A DNA stretch of 64,000 bases, from assembly GCA_035221665.1 (NCBI GenBank), contig CM069141.1, positions 16,120,001 through 16,184,000 on the forward strand, read 5' to 3'. Under the pieces are notes generated by a model. That model had not been told where the DNA came from. It saw only the letters and a program-made list of their open reading frames with translations, and ran no database searches. The DNA comes from Okamejei kenojei. Lineage: Eukaryota. Of this stretch, positions 59,856-64,000 are shown piece by piece (positions within the stretch are counted from its first letter, which is position 1; each line of letters opens with the position of its first letter). A program made the position numbers and the translations under genes.

Positions 59856-61218
59856 GTATCGCAACGTTTAAGAAACATTTAGACGGGTACACGGATAGAA
59901 ACATAGAAAATAGGTGCAGAAATAGGCCATTTGGCCCTTCGAGCCAGCTCCTCCATTCCAATATGATCATGCCTGCTCATCCAAAATCAGTACCCCGTTC
60001 CTGCTTTCTCCCAATATCCCTTGATTCCATTCGCCCTAAGAGCTATATTTAACTCTCTCTTGAAAACATCCAGTGAATTGGCCTCCACTGCCTTCTGTGG
60101 CAGAGAATTCCACAGATTCACAACTCTCTGAGTGAAAAAAATATTCCTCATCTCAGTCCTAAATGGCTTACCCTTATTCTTAAACTGTGACCCCTGGTTC
60201 TGGACTTCCCCAGCATTGGGAACATTTTTCCTGCATCTGGCCTGTCCGAACCCTTAAGAATTGTATATGTTTCTAAAAGATATCCTCTTATCCTTCTAAA
60301 TTCCAGTGAATGTGAGCCCAGTCGATCCATTCTTTCATCCATATGTCAATCCCGTCATCCCAGGAATTATCCTGGTGAACCTAAGCTGCATTCCCTCAAT
60401 AGCGAGAATGTCTTTCCTCAAATTAGGAGACCAAAATTGCACACAATACTCCAGGTGCGGTCTCACCAGGGCCCTGTACAACTGCAGTAGGACCTCCTCG
60501 TTCCTTCACTCAAGTCCTCTCACAATGAAGGCCAACATGCCATTTGCTTGCTTCACTGCCTGCTGTACCTGCATGCTTCAGTGACTGATGTACAGGCACA
60601 CCAAGGTCTTGTTGCACCTCCGCTTTTCCTAATCTGACACCATTCAGATAATAATCTGCCTTCCTGTTCTTGCCACCAAAGTGGATAACCTCCCATTTAT
60701 CCACATTATACTGCATCTGCCATGCATCTGCCCACTAACCCAACCCATCCAAGTCACCCTGCAGCCTCATAGCATCCTCCATGCAGCTCACACTGCCAAC
60801 CAGCTTTGTGTCATCCGCAAACTTGGAGATGTTATGTTTAATTCCTTCGTCTAAATCGTTAATCTATATTGTAAATAACTGGGGTCCCAGCATTGAGCCT
60901 TGCGGCACCCCATTAGTCACTGCCTGCCAATCTGAAAAAGACCCGTTAATTCCTTCTCTTTGCTTCCTGTCTGTCAACCAGTTCTCCATCCATTTCAATA
61001 CCCCACCCCTAATACCATGTGCTCTAATTCTGAACACTAATCTTCTGTGTGGGGACCTTTGAAAGCCCAGATACAGCACATCCACTGACCTAGGACAGGC
61101 TTAGAGGGATATGGGCCAAACGCAAGCAGGTGGGACTAGTGTGGATGGGGAACGTTGGTCAGTGCAGGCAAGTTGCGTGGAAGGGCCTGTTTCCACGCTG
61201 TATGACTCTATGACTCTC
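59856..61218 (+). mobile_element. CR1 3' tail fragment split by an antisense CR1 (parts 59856-59898 and 61091-61218)
   Basis: GGTACACGGA TAG|GACAGGCTTAGAGGGATATGGG is continuous; (CTCTATGA)n tail. Confidence 0.75.
59896..61088 (-). mobile_element. 5'-truncated CR1 LINE, disrupted
   Basis: GVPQGSMLGPQLFTI; EVIHFGGKNRK; TAGAAACATAGAAA tail. Confidence 0.93.
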
Positions 61219-61775
61219 TCAAGTAAGTGATGTGAAACTAGGTTGCATGCGATTGTGCACCGATGGGAGGTTTGGTGTCCTGATTTAGTCGTGATCCACA
61301 TCACTTGGCGCATCCCATGTACCTTTTGGACCAGACTACCATGTGGGAGCTTGCGTATGCCTTACTAAAGTCGATATAGCCATCACCTTTCACCCTGCCT
61401 TCATCAGTCTTCTGCCATCTATTGGATATGGACTGCGTGGCTGTTCTGTGCAATCTGTACTGACCAGAAATAACTGTGCTTATGTACTTGGATGATCTTG
61501 CTGATCTGTATGCAAAAAGTGTATTACATTGTACCTGGAACATGTAACAATACATAAACCATTGAACAATTCTTTGTTCATTCCTCTAAAATCTCAATTA
61601 AATTAGTGAAGCAGAGTTGTCCTTGCACGAAGCCATGCTGACTATAAGACCTGCTTTATCAAATGTACATAAATCTTATCCCTTGCTGTTTTCTCTAATA
61701 ATTTTCCTACCACTGATGTATCTCCAACTCCATTCAAGAGAAATCTCAAATCAATAATAGTTTGGGCTTTATATA

Positions 61776-62515
61776 TAGAATGGAATAGAATAGAATGCCT
61801 TTTATTGTCATTCAAACAACAATTACATTTTCTACAGTTTTACATTACAAAAAAACCCAAGACATACACTTAACACAGGTTACATAAACATCCATCACAG
61901 TGAATCTCCAACATCTCCTCATTGTGATGGAAGGCAACGTCTTATCTCTTCCCTTTGTTCTTCTCCCGCGGTCCAGCAGTCCAACTGCAGCGTTGAGGCG
62001 AACTGGGGCTCCCGATGTTAAAGCCCCCAGCGGACGATGGTAAGTCCTGTGGCCGTTTAAGCCGCACCGGGCGATATTAGGCCCCACTCCGAGTCCTTTA
62101 AACCCCTCGATTCTGGCGGGAGAAGTTGCCGTTGCGGGAGCTCCGAAAAGCGCTCTCCCACCGGGCCTGCGGCCGGAGCCTCCGAAGCACCACAGCTCTT
62201 CCCGCTCCGAAGTCGGCCAGCTCCGTGATGTCAGGTCCGCAGGCTGCGTGACTGAAGCTCCCAGGTTAGTCCCGGCCGGAGGCCGCCGCCAGCTCCTCGG
62301 TGTTAGGCCCATTGACATCGGAGATCCGACAGGGAAAAAGTCAGGTCCCCGTACAGGGAAGAGATTAACGGTTTCCCCCACAGCCACCACACCCTCCACA
62401 TATACACAGCTAAAAAAAGAATAAAAACTAGACTCAAGACATATATTTAACAAGACAAAAAATTAAAAAAAACAGACGGACTGTAGTCGAGCTGCTGCCG
62501 ATAGGCGCCGTCACA
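61776..62515 (-). mobile_element. Unclassified GC-rich non-autonomous retroposon, copy 3
   Basis: (ATTCT)n tail after AATAAA on the minus strand; shared motifs. Confidence 0.7.
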
Positions 62516-62528
62516 CTCACAAATCAAT

Positions 62529-62719
62529 GATAGGCACAAAATGTTCGCGTAATTCAGCGGGTCAGGCAGCATCTTTGGAAAAAATGGATGTGACGTTTCG
62601 GGTCTGGACCCTTCTTCAGACCCGGCCCGATCCATTTTCTCCAGAGATGCTGCTTGACCCGCCTAGTTACTCCAGCGTTTTGTGTCTATCTTTGGAATCT
62701 GCAGTTCCTTTTTATTACA
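62529..62719. mobile_element. Palindromic Penelope-derived mini-element; minus-arm hammerhead core intact (62592-62619)
   Basis: Minus strand CTGAAGAAGGGTCCAGACCCGAAACGTC; plus arm with long tail. Confidence 0.82.
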
Positions 62720-63659
62720 TTGGGTACATCAATGTTTTTCTATTGTGGCTTCTACTCTGGTGATCATGGTGATCTTGCTTTCCATCAGAGAATGAGAATG
62801 TTCTGCTAACTTACTGCCCGACTTGTTCAGAGGTTTAAAACTCCCACCCTTCAAATGTAATTGCATCATTGGATTCCTGTCAAAAATGTACAGTCTTGTA
62901 TAGTTTATATTTGTCTTATTCACAATGAAAGACTTTGTTAACAAACTGAAGCAAGCATTTTCTGCACAGGAGAGCAATGTAAAATATTACATTATCAATC
63001 AATATTATTAAATCAGCATGTCTCAATCAACAAACTCAGATGAACTATTTCCTACGCTGCTGCTAATCGTCACATATCTCAGGATATATGATCACAATTT
63101 GATTTTAAACCACAAAAGTATGTTCAAGTCACAGATAAACTGGTGGTTTGGGGAAATTGACAGCTTTGAAAATTTATCATTCTCAATTGATGCTACATTT
63201 AATATTCTAGCTTCCTTTATTGCTTATCCTCACCGCAGTATGAAGTTTATCTTGGTTGCTATGCAATGTTAACATTTTGCTGAACATGAAAGTTTTGGAT
63301 AAATTGCAATCCACGTGCCTGTTGGGATTACTCAGTGGAAATATGGTTGCAAAAGGGCTGCATTTGATGTCATCCTTCATAAAAACAACCTAAATAAGAA
63401 TGATATGTTGAATATTTGCATCTCTCCTCTGGAGTTAAGATCATACAAAAGAATTATATAAAATGGTTGATACTTAGCACAGTATCTGTCAAATGATTGT
63501 GCACAGAAGATTAATGTCCTCTGTAAAATTATTTTGTCTAGAAATTGGATATTTGCTTTTTTTAATAGGTGATAATCACCCCAAATACACTTTTACTTGA
63601 AATAAGTGGGCAGTGATGCTGCTGGTGGAGATGACTGCCTATTAGGACTGAGATCTATG

Positions 63660-63927
63660 TTTCTATGTTTTTATTTTCTATGAGATGAGGGAAAACTTTT
63701 TCATCCAGAGAGTTGTAAATCTGTGGAATTCTCTTCCACAGAAGGCAGTGGAGGCCAATTCACTGGATGTTTTCAAGAGAGTTTGATATAGCTCTTAGAG
63801 CTAACGGAATCAAGGGATATGGGGAGAAAGCAGGAACGGGATACTGATTTTGGATGGTCAGCCATGATCATGTTGAATGGTTTGAAGGACCAAATGGCCT
63901 ACTCCACCTAATGTCTATGTTTCCATG
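63660..63927 (+). mobile_element. CR1 3' fragment
   Basis: Homologous to 48752-48996. Confidence 0.88.
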
Positions 63928-64000
63928 TTGCCTCGTAGCACTGGAGACCCGCGTTCAATCCTGGCCTTGAGTGCTATCTGTGTGGAGTTTGCACATGCTC
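63928..64000 (+). mobile_element. HE1-like SINE head running off the window edge
   Basis: GAGACCCGCGTTCAATCCTG. Confidence 0.7.

Noticed and set aside
1-64000. CRISPR array, operon or prokaryotic defence system
   Set aside because: No regularly spaced repeat-spacer array; content is vertebrate TE-rich DNA

Overview
Non-coding, repeat-dense vertebrate DNA with no recognisable host protein-coding exon, rRNA, tRNA or CRISPR; it is most likely a long intron or intergenic region. The repeat families (HE1-like tRNA/V-SINEs whose tail matches CR1/HER1-like LINEs) suggest a cartilaginous fish, probably a skate or ray; this is an inference. All ORFs I can assign are transposon remnants: CR1, Rex1/Babar-like, Penelope-like (RT plus GIY-YIG) and DIRS-like. 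The most notable system is a Penelope-like family whose 3' end carries a minimal type-I hammerhead ribozyme motif (CTGAAGA-A-GGGTCnnGACCC-GAAACGTC). About 20 intact or decayed copies are present. Four insertions end 64 nt past the predicted cleavage site, and small palindromic ribozyme-only mini-elements occur with their own target-site duplications (TSDs). Also present: two non-autonomous hAT-like elements with large internal palindromes, three TIR MITEs, an unclassified GC-rich tailed retroposon family, candidate conserved non-coding islands and micro-exons, and an assembly gap. Coordinates were read by eye; boundaries of decayed repeats are approximate.
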